A program made the position numbers and the translations under genes. Shown piece by piece: positions 1 to 8,201 of a DNA stretch of 43,794 nucleotides. The stretch is from contig JBLWGC010000027.1 of assembly GCA_048772705.1 (NCBI GenBank), positions 1-43,794 of the forward strand. Direction: 5' to 3'. This DNA is from Leidyana gryllorum EB-2025a. Taxonomy: Eukaryota > Protista > Apicomplexa. The notes under the pieces are model-generated. The model made no database searches, was not told the origin of the DNA, and worked only from the letters and a program-made list of their open reading frames with translations. Position 1 is the stretch's first letter. Every line of letters starts with the position of its first letter.

Positions 1-126
1 CATGGCTGCACGGAGCTTTCGGACTGTGAAAGGGGCGTGTGTCTCTGGAAACAGGTATCTGATGAGGGCGAAAACCGCGGAATGCTATGAGGTCTGCACA
101 GCAGGCGACTAGCTCAATAAGATTGT

Positions 127-197
127 GCATCTGTGGTCTAGTGGTAGAATGTCTCGTTGCCATCGAGACGACCCGGGCTCGATTCCCGGCAGATGCA
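127..197 (+). tRNA. trnG: tRNA-Gly(GCC), T-loop variant GGCTCGA
   Basis: GCATCTG...TCTCG-TTGCCAT-CGAGA...CAGATGCA cloverleaf. Confidence 0.85.
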
Positions 198-274
198 GAA
201 GACACATGATTGTTTCCCCACCATTCCAGGGATTCACGCTTGAGTTGGTGTCTGACCCCTCCAATCACATTGCA

Positions 275-356
275 CGACAACTGCTGGTTTTGAACCAGCG
301 CGGGCTAGGCCCAGTAGATTTCTAGTCTACTTCCTTAACCACTCGGGCAAGTTGCC
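275..356 (-). tRNA. trnS: tRNA-Ser(AGA)
   Basis: GGCAACT...GTAGA-CTAGAAA-TCTAC, long variable arm, ...AGTTGTCG. Confidence 0.85.
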
Positions 357-874
357 ACCTGTCGGACTTGGCATTTTGCGGCCAGTGGCTTCAAATACGT
401 TTCAGCAAGCTTGACTAGGACTTCTCGGGCGACCCGACGCGCTTCAAAAGGCTGGCGCTCTACCGACTGAGCTGGGTGGCAAGGAACCTCGGACTTAATA
501 ACGGATTTCATCCGTATTGGTCGTGGAATATTGGGGCTTCCTCGGGTCGAGGCGACGCCCGGGCTCCAACCGCGGACTCAGAAGTTATTAGGCTCACGCT
601 CTGACCGCCTGAAATAAGCGACCGCTTCAGAGTTGAGGTGAACAGTCACTAGCCGAAGGAGCCGACTGATGTGTTCAACAAAGCCTTATGATTGGTACTG
701 AATCGGCCACTCCGACCTTCCTCCATCCCGTCAAGCAGTCATTCCAAAGGCATTCACCTCGGACTTTCTGCGTGTTAAGCAGACGTCGTAACCACTAGAC
801 GGTGGCTGCATGAATGGTCCCCGCAGCCCAAGAGGAGTGGCGAAGTTTCACGGAGCAGTGAGGACCAAGTTCCA

Positions 875-946
875 AGGTCGCGCCGGGAATCGAATCCAGG
901 GCGGGAGATTCAGAGTCCCCAGTGCTAACCACTACACCACGCAACC
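875..946 (-). tRNA. trnQ: tRNA-Gln(CTG), variant
   Basis: GGTTGCG...CTCTGAA...CGCGACCT. Confidence 0.8.
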
Positions 947-1151
947 GATTCAGCCCATCCCAGAAGAGTCGGTAGAATTGAGTCGGTAGGATTATCCGGA
1001 CTAGCGCTTCCTCAACTGGACACACGCAACACGGGTCTCTCTACTGACGTCTGGAAAATTTAATTGGCTCCTGTATATAGAGCGTTGGATTTGAGTCGGA
1101 CAGAAAGCTCACTTCAATCATTGAAGCAATTGCGCTCTCCGCGAATGCTAC

Positions 1152-1233
1152 CGACAAGGGTGAGATTCGAATTCACGCGGGTAAAACCCAAGGGCTTAGC
1201 AGGCCGCCGCCTTAACCGCTCGGCCACCTTGCC
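1152..1233 (-). tRNA. trnS: tRNA-Ser(GCT), variant
   Basis: GGCAAGG...CTGCTAA, long variable arm. Confidence 0.8.
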
Positions 1234-1328
1234 GAGACTGTAACTGATTACACCTTCCCTCGGGCACCCCGTGCGAACTGTTGTAGGAAGGGGAGGGTCT
1301 CTCTACTAACCTCTGAAACATTGTAAGG

Positions 1329-1408
1329 GGTCTTGTAGCTCAGGCGGCAGAGGGTGTGGCTGTTAGCTGTTAACCGCAAAGTCGCAGGCTCGGAACCTGC
1401 CAGGAGCG
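1329..1408 (+). pseudogene. trnN: tRNA-Asn(GTT) with 7-nt anticodon-loop duplication
   Basis: GCTGTTA-GCTGTTA; damaged T-loop. Confidence 0.75.
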
Positions 1409-1674
1409 CTTCCAGAGGCACGCTAGACACTGACTGCGCTGCTCTCGCAATGGCAATTGTGGTCTGCTACCCTTCAAAGATGGTGAGATCCCGGCACGTG
1501 CAGCCGTACGTACTTTCGCACGCTAAGCGTAGCGAGCTACCATTTGAGCTAGTCGCCCATTTAGCAAACCCCAGTACATCCATTTCTTTTTTACATGGTA
1601 TGACCAATCTCCCAACTGCATCGATCACTTTCACCTGTTTGTGCTCCACTTTGCACAAACGAAGGCACGCAGGA

Positions 1675-1747
1675 AACGGCTAGAGGGACTCGAACCCTCA
1701 ACCTTTGCCTTAGAAGGGCAACACGCTATCCATGGCGCCACAACCGC
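1675..1747 (-). tRNA. trnR: tRNA-Arg(TCT)
   Basis: TTGCC-CTTCTAA-GGCAA; GGTTCGAGTCC. Confidence 0.85.
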
Positions 1748-1845
1748 ATTCGGGACGCATCCGACTTTTGAGTGGGACAGAACCGGCTGCCAAAGGTGTC
1801 TCCTCTTTCACCCAACCAGTATCGAGATGACCGAAGCCTATCCAT

Positions 1846-1918
1846 GGTGCGGCGGCCTAATGGATAGGGCATCGGTCTTCGGAACCGGAAGTTGTGGGTT
1901 CGAGTCCCAGCCGCATCA
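1846..1918 (+). tRNA. trnR: tRNA-Arg(TCG)
   Basis: TCGGT-CTTCGGA-ACCGG; GGTGCGG/CCGCATC acceptor. Confidence 0.85.
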
Positions 1919-2124
1919 TAGCCTCTCACTCGGAAGACGTTCCGTTTCGACCGAGGCAAGCTTGCTAGCTGCATGGGAGCCGCTGCCCCGCATGTCGAGT
2001 TGAAGTGCTAGTGGTATCAGTTTCCTTCGTCCGTGAAAGTGCTCGATTCGATCCCCGTAGGTTGCAGACAGCTGGAAGTAGAAATTGCCCGAGTCTCTCG
2101 GGGTGCTGCAGATCTTTCGCAATT

Positions 2125-2195
2125 GCACTTGTGGCCTAAGGGTAAGATACGACCCTTCCAAGGTCGTAACCCGGGTTCGAGTCCCGGCAGGTGCA
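2125..2195 (+). tRNA. trnG: tRNA-Gly(TCC)
   Basis: CGACC-CTTCCAA-GGTCG; intact T-arm. Confidence 0.85.
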
Positions 2196-2262
2196 GTCGT
2201 ATGTAGCTCGAACGACCTGTCTATGGTGAAGAGAGGGGACCACTCAATACAATACAACCCGT

Positions 2263-2342
2263 TGACAAGAGTGGGATTCGAACCCACGCCCTTTCGGACT
2301 GCGGCCTGAACACAGCGCCTTAGACCACTCGGCCCTCTTGCC
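2263..2342 (-). tRNA. trnL: tRNA-Leu(CAG)
   Basis: CTGTG-TTCAGGC-CGCAG; variable arm CC-GAAA-GG. Confidence 0.85.
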
Positions 2343-2436
2343 GAAATGTTATTGGCTCGCCGCTCCACGCGTTTTCTATCCGTGGAATCTCAAAATGGAA
2401 GAACTTCTGGGGTTGGATGCCGGCGTACACAGAGCG

Positions 2437-2507
2437 TCCGAGATAGTATAGTGGTCAGTATTTCCGCCTGTCACGCGGAAGACCCGGGTTCATTCCCGGT
2501 CTCGCAG
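2437..2507 (+). pseudogene. trnD: tRNA-Asp(GTC), T-loop deletion
   Basis: TCCGC-CTGTCAC-GCGGA; GGTTCATT. Confidence 0.75.
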
Positions 2508-2562
2508 CACAGTTTGTTCCGCTTAGGATTGTTTCCTTTGGATCTCGCTGAAAGTTGCGAGC

Positions 2563-2640
2563 TACAGCCACCGAGGATTGAACTCGGGACCTTCTTTTCT
2601 GCGTGTGAAGCAGACGTCGTGACCACTAGACCATGGCTGT
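2563..2640 (-). pseudogene. trnV: tRNA-Val(CAC) with 5-nt insertion
   Basis: TCTGC-TTCACAC-GCAGA then AAAGAAGG. Confidence 0.75.
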
Positions 2641-2896
2641 ACGGAGCTTCGTGACAGGGGCGTATGTCTTTCGAATCACGTATCCGGTGAGCCGGCCTGT
2701 AGTAGCTCATTTAGAGAGCATCTAACGCTCATGTTACATTTCACCCTGATTGACGCCCCACTGCCTTGAAAGCTACTTGCAGATTATCCGCGTGCGAAGC
2801 CAGTCTCGATTCCCGGCTCGGGCAATATGTCTGCGGTGTCTCTAATGGAACTCTTTCTTGATGGTTATACACTTTCATTCGACGGCTCCGTTGATT

Positions 2897-2965
2897 GGCG
2901 CTATGGCCTAATGGATATGGCATCTACGGAACCGGGGATTCTGGGTTCGAGTCCCAGTAGCGTCT
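2897..2965 (+). pseudogene. trnR: tRNA-Arg(ACG), 4-nt deletion in anticodon stem
   Basis: Compared with intact copy at 24497-24569. Confidence 0.75.
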
Positions 2966-3090
2966 GGGCGACTGGTCGGGTTCCAGCCCCTCACAATTGC
3001 TGTAACTCAGATTTTGTCTCAGCTGGTTGTGGTACAGCATCCCCGTGCACCCTTTTGACAGGGCGAGATGCATCGAGAGAAGTTGCACTA

Positions 3091-3163
3091 GGGAGTGTAG
3101 CGCAGTCGGTAGCGCGTAGGTCTCATAATCCTGAAGTCGAGAGTTCGATCCTCTCCACTCCCA
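3091..3163 (+). tRNA. trnM: tRNA-Met(CAT), elongator
   Basis: GGGAGTG/CACTCCC acceptor; CTCATAA loop; GTTCGATC. Confidence 0.92.
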
Positions 3164-3345
3164 AGCTCGGAATCGGTACCGCCGACAAACTCATCATGCC
3201 ATCATTTTGCATCCGTCGGGAATCGCACACGGGTTATGTTGATGGCAGCGAGAGACTCTTCCAATAGACCACAGATGCAGAACACGATCTTGTTGAACCT
3301 TGTACGTGGTGACAGCCATTGCTTACAAGCCTATCGATGCATCAA

Positions 3346-3417
3346 AGCCTTCTGCCGGAATCGGACCGGCGACTTCTCGCTTACGAAGCGAACGCTCTGC
3401 CACTAAGCTGAGAAGGC
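3346..3417 (-). tRNA. trnT: tRNA-Thr(CGT), variant
   Basis: TTCGC-TTCGTAA-GCGAG. Confidence 0.75.
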
Positions 3418-3492
3418 AATGTAAGCCGAGTATAACGAAAAATCGCTATTGACGGAGATTAGTGGAGCACTTTACTCGAGTAGTTAAATGAC

Positions 3493-3565
3493 TTCCACTA
3501 AAGGGACTTGAACCCGGATCGTGCGGGTGAATGCCGCATATCCTAGCCACTTAGACTATGATGGA
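3493..3565 (-). pseudogene. trnE: tRNA-Glu(TTC), degenerate
   Basis: Similar to 31691-31763 with stem mismatches. Confidence 0.7.
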
Positions 3566-3899
3566 CAAGTCCCCGAGTTGAGGGTTCAGATGAGAGCCGT
3601 ACCACCTTGAAAAGGAGGTGGAAGTGGTTGAGTGAGTGAACTTCACACCTACTGGGTCCGGGCCTTGGTGGCTCAAATTCAGCAGTTCTCGTGCGCTATG
3701 GTAATCGCGGTGGCTGAGGGTAACGAACTCCTCATCTGCGCCGGAGTAGAGCCTCTGCTCCGTGATCGAGAAAAAGCGGGCTGCGATTACTTCGTTCAGT
3801 GTCTGTCAAGCTCTCAGCTGCACCTGTGGTGGAAGGGTAAGATGTCACTCCTTCAAGGCCGTGGGTTCTGGCAGCTGGAGACAAAGATTCCAGATAGTT

Positions 3900-3972
3900 T
3901 GGACGACCTGGGTATCTGTCCCAGTACCTCTGGCATGCGACGCGAGCGCTCTACCATTTGAGCTAGCCGCCC
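3900..3972 (-). pseudogene. trnA: tRNA-Ala(CGC), degenerate
   Basis: GGGCGGCTAGCTCAAATGG...; T-loop damaged. Confidence 0.7.
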
Positions 3973-4032
3973 AGCGACACAGCATGGAAGAGCTATTGCA
4001 TTGAGTAGCTGACCGGATGCCAATACAACGGT

Positions 4033-4112
4033 TGACAAGAGTGGAATTCCAACCCACGGCCTTTCGGACTGCGGCCTTGACACAGCGCCTTAGACCACTC
4101 GGCCATCTTGCC
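4033..4112 (-). pseudogene. trnL: tRNA-Leu(AAG), degenerate
   Basis: U33C and T-arm changes versus 13775-13854. Confidence 0.7.
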
Positions 4113-4428
4113 GGAGTGCTCTTGGCTCGCCACTTTACCCATTTTCTGTTCGTGAAGTCAGTCCTAAAGCGCAAGACTTTTATTTTTGCGGCGCGGCTTC
4201 GAGCCCGGCGCGTGGTGCGGCTCAATACCCCTGCGAGTAAGAATGGAATGTTTCCTGCAAGCACACTTAGCAAGACCTGCACCGCCGCGACTTGAACCCG
4301 GATGTACGGGTGAGAGCCGCATATCTGGCCACCTAGACTACAGTGGACAACTTCCTCAGCTGCAGCTTTGGACGAGAGCCGTACCATCTTGAGATGAGAT
4401 AGAGCGTCGGGTCAACCGGCAACCAACG

Positions 4429-4500
4429 GGGCTGTTCTGGGAATCGAACCCAGGACTCCTTCCACCCTAAGGAAGGATCACACCACTAGACCAAACAGCC
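4429..4500 (-). tRNA. trnP: tRNA-Pro(AGG)
   Basis: CTTCC-TTAGGGT-GGAAG; intact T-arm. Confidence 0.9.
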
Positions 4501-4588
4501 GCCTGTTGGTCGTGCAACCCGCTAGGTACACTCGAGAGAGTGGTCATACTACGTGAAGTACCACTCAATGCGATGGGGTCTGCACAGC

Positions 4589-4661
4589 GGGGGACTAGCT
4601 CAAACAGTAGAGCGCTCGCTTAGCATGCGAGAGGTACTGGGATCAATGCCCAGGTCGTCCA
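4589..4661 (+). tRNA. trnA: tRNA-Ala(AGC), variant
   Basis: CTCGC-TTAGCAT-GCGAG; G3:U70. Confidence 0.75.
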
Positions 4662-4778
4662 AAGTACGTACGGCAGCACGGGGCGGGAGCCAAACCCAAC
4701 CTTACATCTTTGAAGGGTCGCAGGCCACAAGTGCCATTGCGAGAGCAGCGCAGTCAATGTTTAGGGTGCCTCTGAAAG

Positions 4779-4859
4779 CGGTCCTGGTAGGTTTCGAACC
4801 TGCGACTTTGCGACTTTGTGGTTAACAGCCACACGCTCTGCCGACTGAGCTACAAGACC
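4779..4859 (-). pseudogene. trnN: tRNA-Asn(GTT) with 8-nt duplication
   Basis: GCGACTTT-GCGACTTT on + strand. Confidence 0.75.
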
Positions 4860-5064
4860 CAATTACAATGTTCTTCCACCCGAGGAAGAATCATACCACC
4901 AGGCCAGACAGCCGCCTGTTCAGCCTGCCCCCCTACGGCACAGTGGTTAGCTGTGGAGATTTTGAATCTCCCGACCTGGATTCGATTTCCGACACGACCT
5001 CCCAACTAGTGCTCACTACTTCTTGAAATTTCGCAACTCCTCTTGGTCTGCGGAAAGCTTTCGT

Positions 5065-5137
5065 GCACCCATGATGTAGTGGTTACGACGTCTGGTTAAC
5101 ACGCAGAAGGTCCCGAGTTCGATCCTCGGTGACTGTA
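5065..5137 (+). pseudogene. trnV: tRNA-Val(AAC), degenerate
   Basis: TTAACAC loop; several stem mismatches. Confidence 0.7.
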
Positions 5138-5347
5138 GCTCGCAACTTTCAGCGGCAATCTTAAGCGGAATCAGCTGTGCTCCGAAACCGGGCATCGAAT
5201 CCGGGTCTTCCGCGTGACAGGCGGAAATACTGACCACTACTTCATCCCGAACGATCGTCAACGCGCCGGCCTTCAGCCTCAGACGTCTTACCAGTTTCGA
5301 GATTCCACGGACAGGAAACGCGTGGAGCGGCGAGCCAACAACACTCC

Positions 5348-5427
5348 GGCAACATGGCCGAGTGGTCTGAAGCGCTGTGTTCAGGCCGCAGTTCCAAATC
5401 GCGTGGGCTCGAATCCCACGCTTGTCA
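5348..5427 (+). pseudogene. trnL: tRNA-Leu(CAG), degenerate
   Basis: TTCAGGC loop; variable and T arms damaged. Confidence 0.7.
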
Positions 5428-5540
5428 TGTCACTGTGTTGGTGCGCGCCGCAGTCGAGAGATTGGTCATACTATGTCAAAAACCATGAATGCTATGAGGT
5501 CTGCGCAGCGGGCGCGGGGACTAGCTCAACAAGGTATTAT

Positions 5541-5610
5541 GCATCTGTGGTCTACTGGTAGAATGTCTCGTTGCCTCGAGACGACCCGGGTTCGATTCCC
5601 GGCAGATGCA
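5541..5610 (+). pseudogene. trnG: tRNA-Gly(GCC), A37 deleted
   Basis: TTGCCTCGAG instead of TTGCCATCGAG; same lesion at 29617. Confidence 0.75.
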
Positions 5611-5674
5611 GAGGAGATGGCACATGGTTGAGTTTTATGCGTGAGATGGTGTTTGACCCTCCCATCACGTCGCA

Positions 5675-5756
5675 CGACAACTGCTGGATTTGAACCAGTG
5701 CGGGCCAGGCCCAGTAGATTTCGAGTCTACCCCCTTAACCACTCGGGCATGTTGCC
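5675..5756 (-). tRNA. trnS: tRNA-Ser(CGA)
   Basis: GTAGA-CTCGAAA-TCTAC. Confidence 0.85.
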
Positions 5757-5953
5757 AACGGTCGAACTCGGCATCCCGCAGACAGTGGCCTCACATACGG
5801 TTCAGCAAGCTTGACTCATCCCCTGTCTCAAATAAGGTAACGAGTCTTTTTGAACTCCGCCTGCCACGTCACTCGACAGCTGCTAGATCTGAACCAGTGG
5901 GGCCAGGCGATACTGACGACTCAGGCGTTTGAGACAGTGAGGCTGTGGGTTGT

Positions 5954-6026
5954 GCGGTGGTGGCGCAATGAATAGCGTGTTGCCCTCCGGAGGCAAAGGT
6001 TGTGGGTTCGAGTCCCGCCCACCGTT
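5954..6026 (+). tRNA. trnR: tRNA-Arg(CCG)
   Basis: TTGCC-CTCCGGA-GGCAA. Confidence 0.85.
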
Positions 6027-6279
6027 CTCGTGGTCTCGCTCAACAGTGGAATCGAGAAGAGTGGTTGCCATTCGGAGCCATGCAGACTTGCGCCATCCAA
6101 ACTCAAATTCGGCACCGCGGGCCACCACGCGATCTGTGCACTCTACCCTTTGAGCTAGCGAGAGCTATTGCATGCCGTGCTTGATGAGTGGACGATTGCC
6201 CATTGGAAATTTGCGGAACGCTGCTGGCAAGCTCGAGTCGCACGGCTGCGAGAGATGACACCAAATGTCACAACCTTTC

Positions 6280-6352
6280 TGCCTCGGCTGTGGATCGAAC
6301 ACGGGACTTCCACATCTTCAGTCTGGCGCTCTCCCAACTGAGCTACCGAGGC
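6280..6352 (-). tRNA. trnF: tRNA-Phe(GAA), variant
   Basis: GCCTCGGTAGCTCAGTTGGGAGAGCGCCAGACTGAAGA. Confidence 0.8.
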
Positions 6353-6727
6353 GCTAGAAAGCCTTGAAACGCGGTGAAAATAAGCACTCACCGCAGCCGC
6401 ATCTAGGGCCACTCCTCGCGGCATGCCGAGTTCGACAGTTGCCAACTTGCCCGATTGGGGAGGGGTGGTGAATTTGTATTTTATTGGGCCTGGTCCGTGG
6501 GGGTGCAGGCTTTGGGCGAGAGCCGTACCATCCTGAAAAGGAGTGGGATGTCAGGTCAACACCTCAATGAGCTTTTCTGGGAATCGGATCCAATTCTCTT
6601 TCCATCCTGACAGGGATACCACCGCTAGACCAAATAGCCGAATACTTGGGTGCATGCAACCGGATATATAGATAGAGACTCGAATCTACCGTAGCTTTTC
6701 CAGCCTATTCTTGAGGATGATCACCGT

Positions 6728-6811
6728 TGCACAAAATGGGGTTCGAACCCATGCAGACTTGCGCCTACCAGAACTTGAGTCTGGCCCCTTAGACCACTCG
6801 GGCATCTGTGC
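6728..6811 (-). tRNA. trnL: tRNA-Leu(CAA), intronless
   Basis: CCAGA-CTCAAGT-TCTGG; long variable arm. Confidence 0.9.
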
Positions 6812-7052
6812 GTTACTTTCTTTCTGAGTCCCAGAGTGTTAATGGCTTCCGTTGCGGCGTCGACGTCGTTCTGGGTGCAGTGTACCGCCCCGGAGTACTC
6901 TTACGGCCCGAGTTGCTTAGATGGCAACGCATGTGATTGTAGTGGTGGCATCAAATATTCGACGAGCAAATTCCGTCCCTGGGGAGTTGAGGAGTGAACT
7001 TCATTCCATCCTGATCGATGCTTCGCTACCTCTACAGCCTCGCTCAAAGATT

Positions 7053-7124
7053 GTCCGAGTCGTCTAGTGGTTAGGACAGCACGTTGTGGCCGTGCAAACC
7101 TAGGCTCGATTCCTGGCTCGGACA
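7053..7124 (+). tRNA. trnH: tRNA-His(GTG)
   Basis: GCACG-TTGTGGC-CGTGC; no encoded G-1. Confidence 0.85.
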
Positions 7125-7199
7125 AGCAGTCTAAAGTGCATTGCTCTTCGCCCCGGTTGAAAATATTGCTGCAGCCATGGTCAAGTCTGTACCATCGGC

Positions 7200-7270
7200 T
7201 GCACCTGCCGGGACTCGAACCCGGGCTGCGAGCATGGGAAGCTCGCATCCTACCCTTGGACCAAAAGTGC
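7200..7270 (-). tRNA. trnG: tRNA-Gly(CCC)
   Basis: CGAGC-TTCCCAT-GCTCG. Confidence 0.85.
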
Positions 7271-7468
7271 ACTCGAGAAAGAGCTTCAGAACCCCGAGAC
7301 TCGGCCGCAGTCTGCGTTGAGCTAGTGGGTGCCTCAGGTACTGGCAGGTTCCAGTCTGCGACTTTGTGGCTAAGAGGCTTACCCTCTGGTGGCTGAACTA
7401 CGAGGCTCGGCTAAGATGATTGAAGCTTGAGAGACTTCAGCTTTGCAGGTGCCCAGTCGATGCAGTCG

Positions 7469-7536
7469 AGCCTTCTGCCGGAAACGAACCGGCGACCTTT
7501 CGCTTACTAAGCGAATGTTCAGCCCCCTAAGAAGGC
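7469..7536 (-). pseudogene. trnT: tRNA-Thr(AGT), 5' deletion
   Basis: TTAGTAA loop; D-arm shortened. Confidence 0.7.
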
Positions 7537-7574
7537 AATGCAAGCCGAAGATCACGAGTCAGTCACTATTGACG

Positions 7575-8201
7575 TGCTAAACTCAATCCTAGCTGAACAA
7601 AACGAGTGCAATGGTCAATGATCACCAAGTAGTAGTACTCCTTGCGACCCCATAGGCGCGGCCCCACCCAGTCTAAGCTGACCATTTCCATCGGCCTCGG
7701 CTTCTCTAAGGTCCGTTTCCACTGCAGATTTGCCACATGAGGAGTCTTCCTAGCACAGATGAGGCAACCTTTGATAAATTTAGCGGTGTCTTGGGCCATT
7801 CCAACCCAGTACACCCAACGACGCATTCTCCTGAGAGTCCGATTCACCCCCATGTGTCCACCGTAGTGTGAGGCATGGAACCAGTGCATAACCTCTTCTC
7901 GAAATTGTTTTGGAATGAAAACTCCATTTGTTCTCTGAGACAGTCTCACTCCATCCGGTGACTTGTACGTCTCCGCTAATTCCTTGGAGCTCATTAGAGG
8001 ATAAACTTTCTTCAACTCGTTAACGCTGGGAATCCTAGGAGCGTAAATGTTCCCTATCGCTGCGTAGATGGGGATGGCTATCCTCTCAACTTCTTCATCT
8101 CGGTGCTCGTCACTGACTGATCTCGACAGCCAATCGGCCATAGTGTTCGTCTCGCCATTGATGTGGACGACCTCTAAATCGTATTCTTGGAGGAAGAGGC
8201 T
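7575..8201 (-). pseudogene. In-frame continuation of pol: RNase H end and 3'-truncated integrase
   Basis: After TAG reads SLFLQEYDLEVVHINGETNTMADWLSR; HHCC (HASHYGGHMG...CLIC); first core Asp region (SLDWVGP...IIDHCTRF), then runs into array DNA. Confidence 0.88.

Noticed and set aside
3820-3880. CTTCAAG loop suggesting a TCA (Sec or opal suppressor) tRNA
   Set aside because: Decayed Gly(TCC)-like scaffold missing one C; anticodon stem and T-arm are unpaired and there is no long Sec variable arm
6494-6515. GGGGTGCAGGCTT resembling metazoan tRNA-Sec
   Set aside because: Variant of the array spacer CTGCAGCTTTGGACGAGAGCC; no TCA anticodon follows
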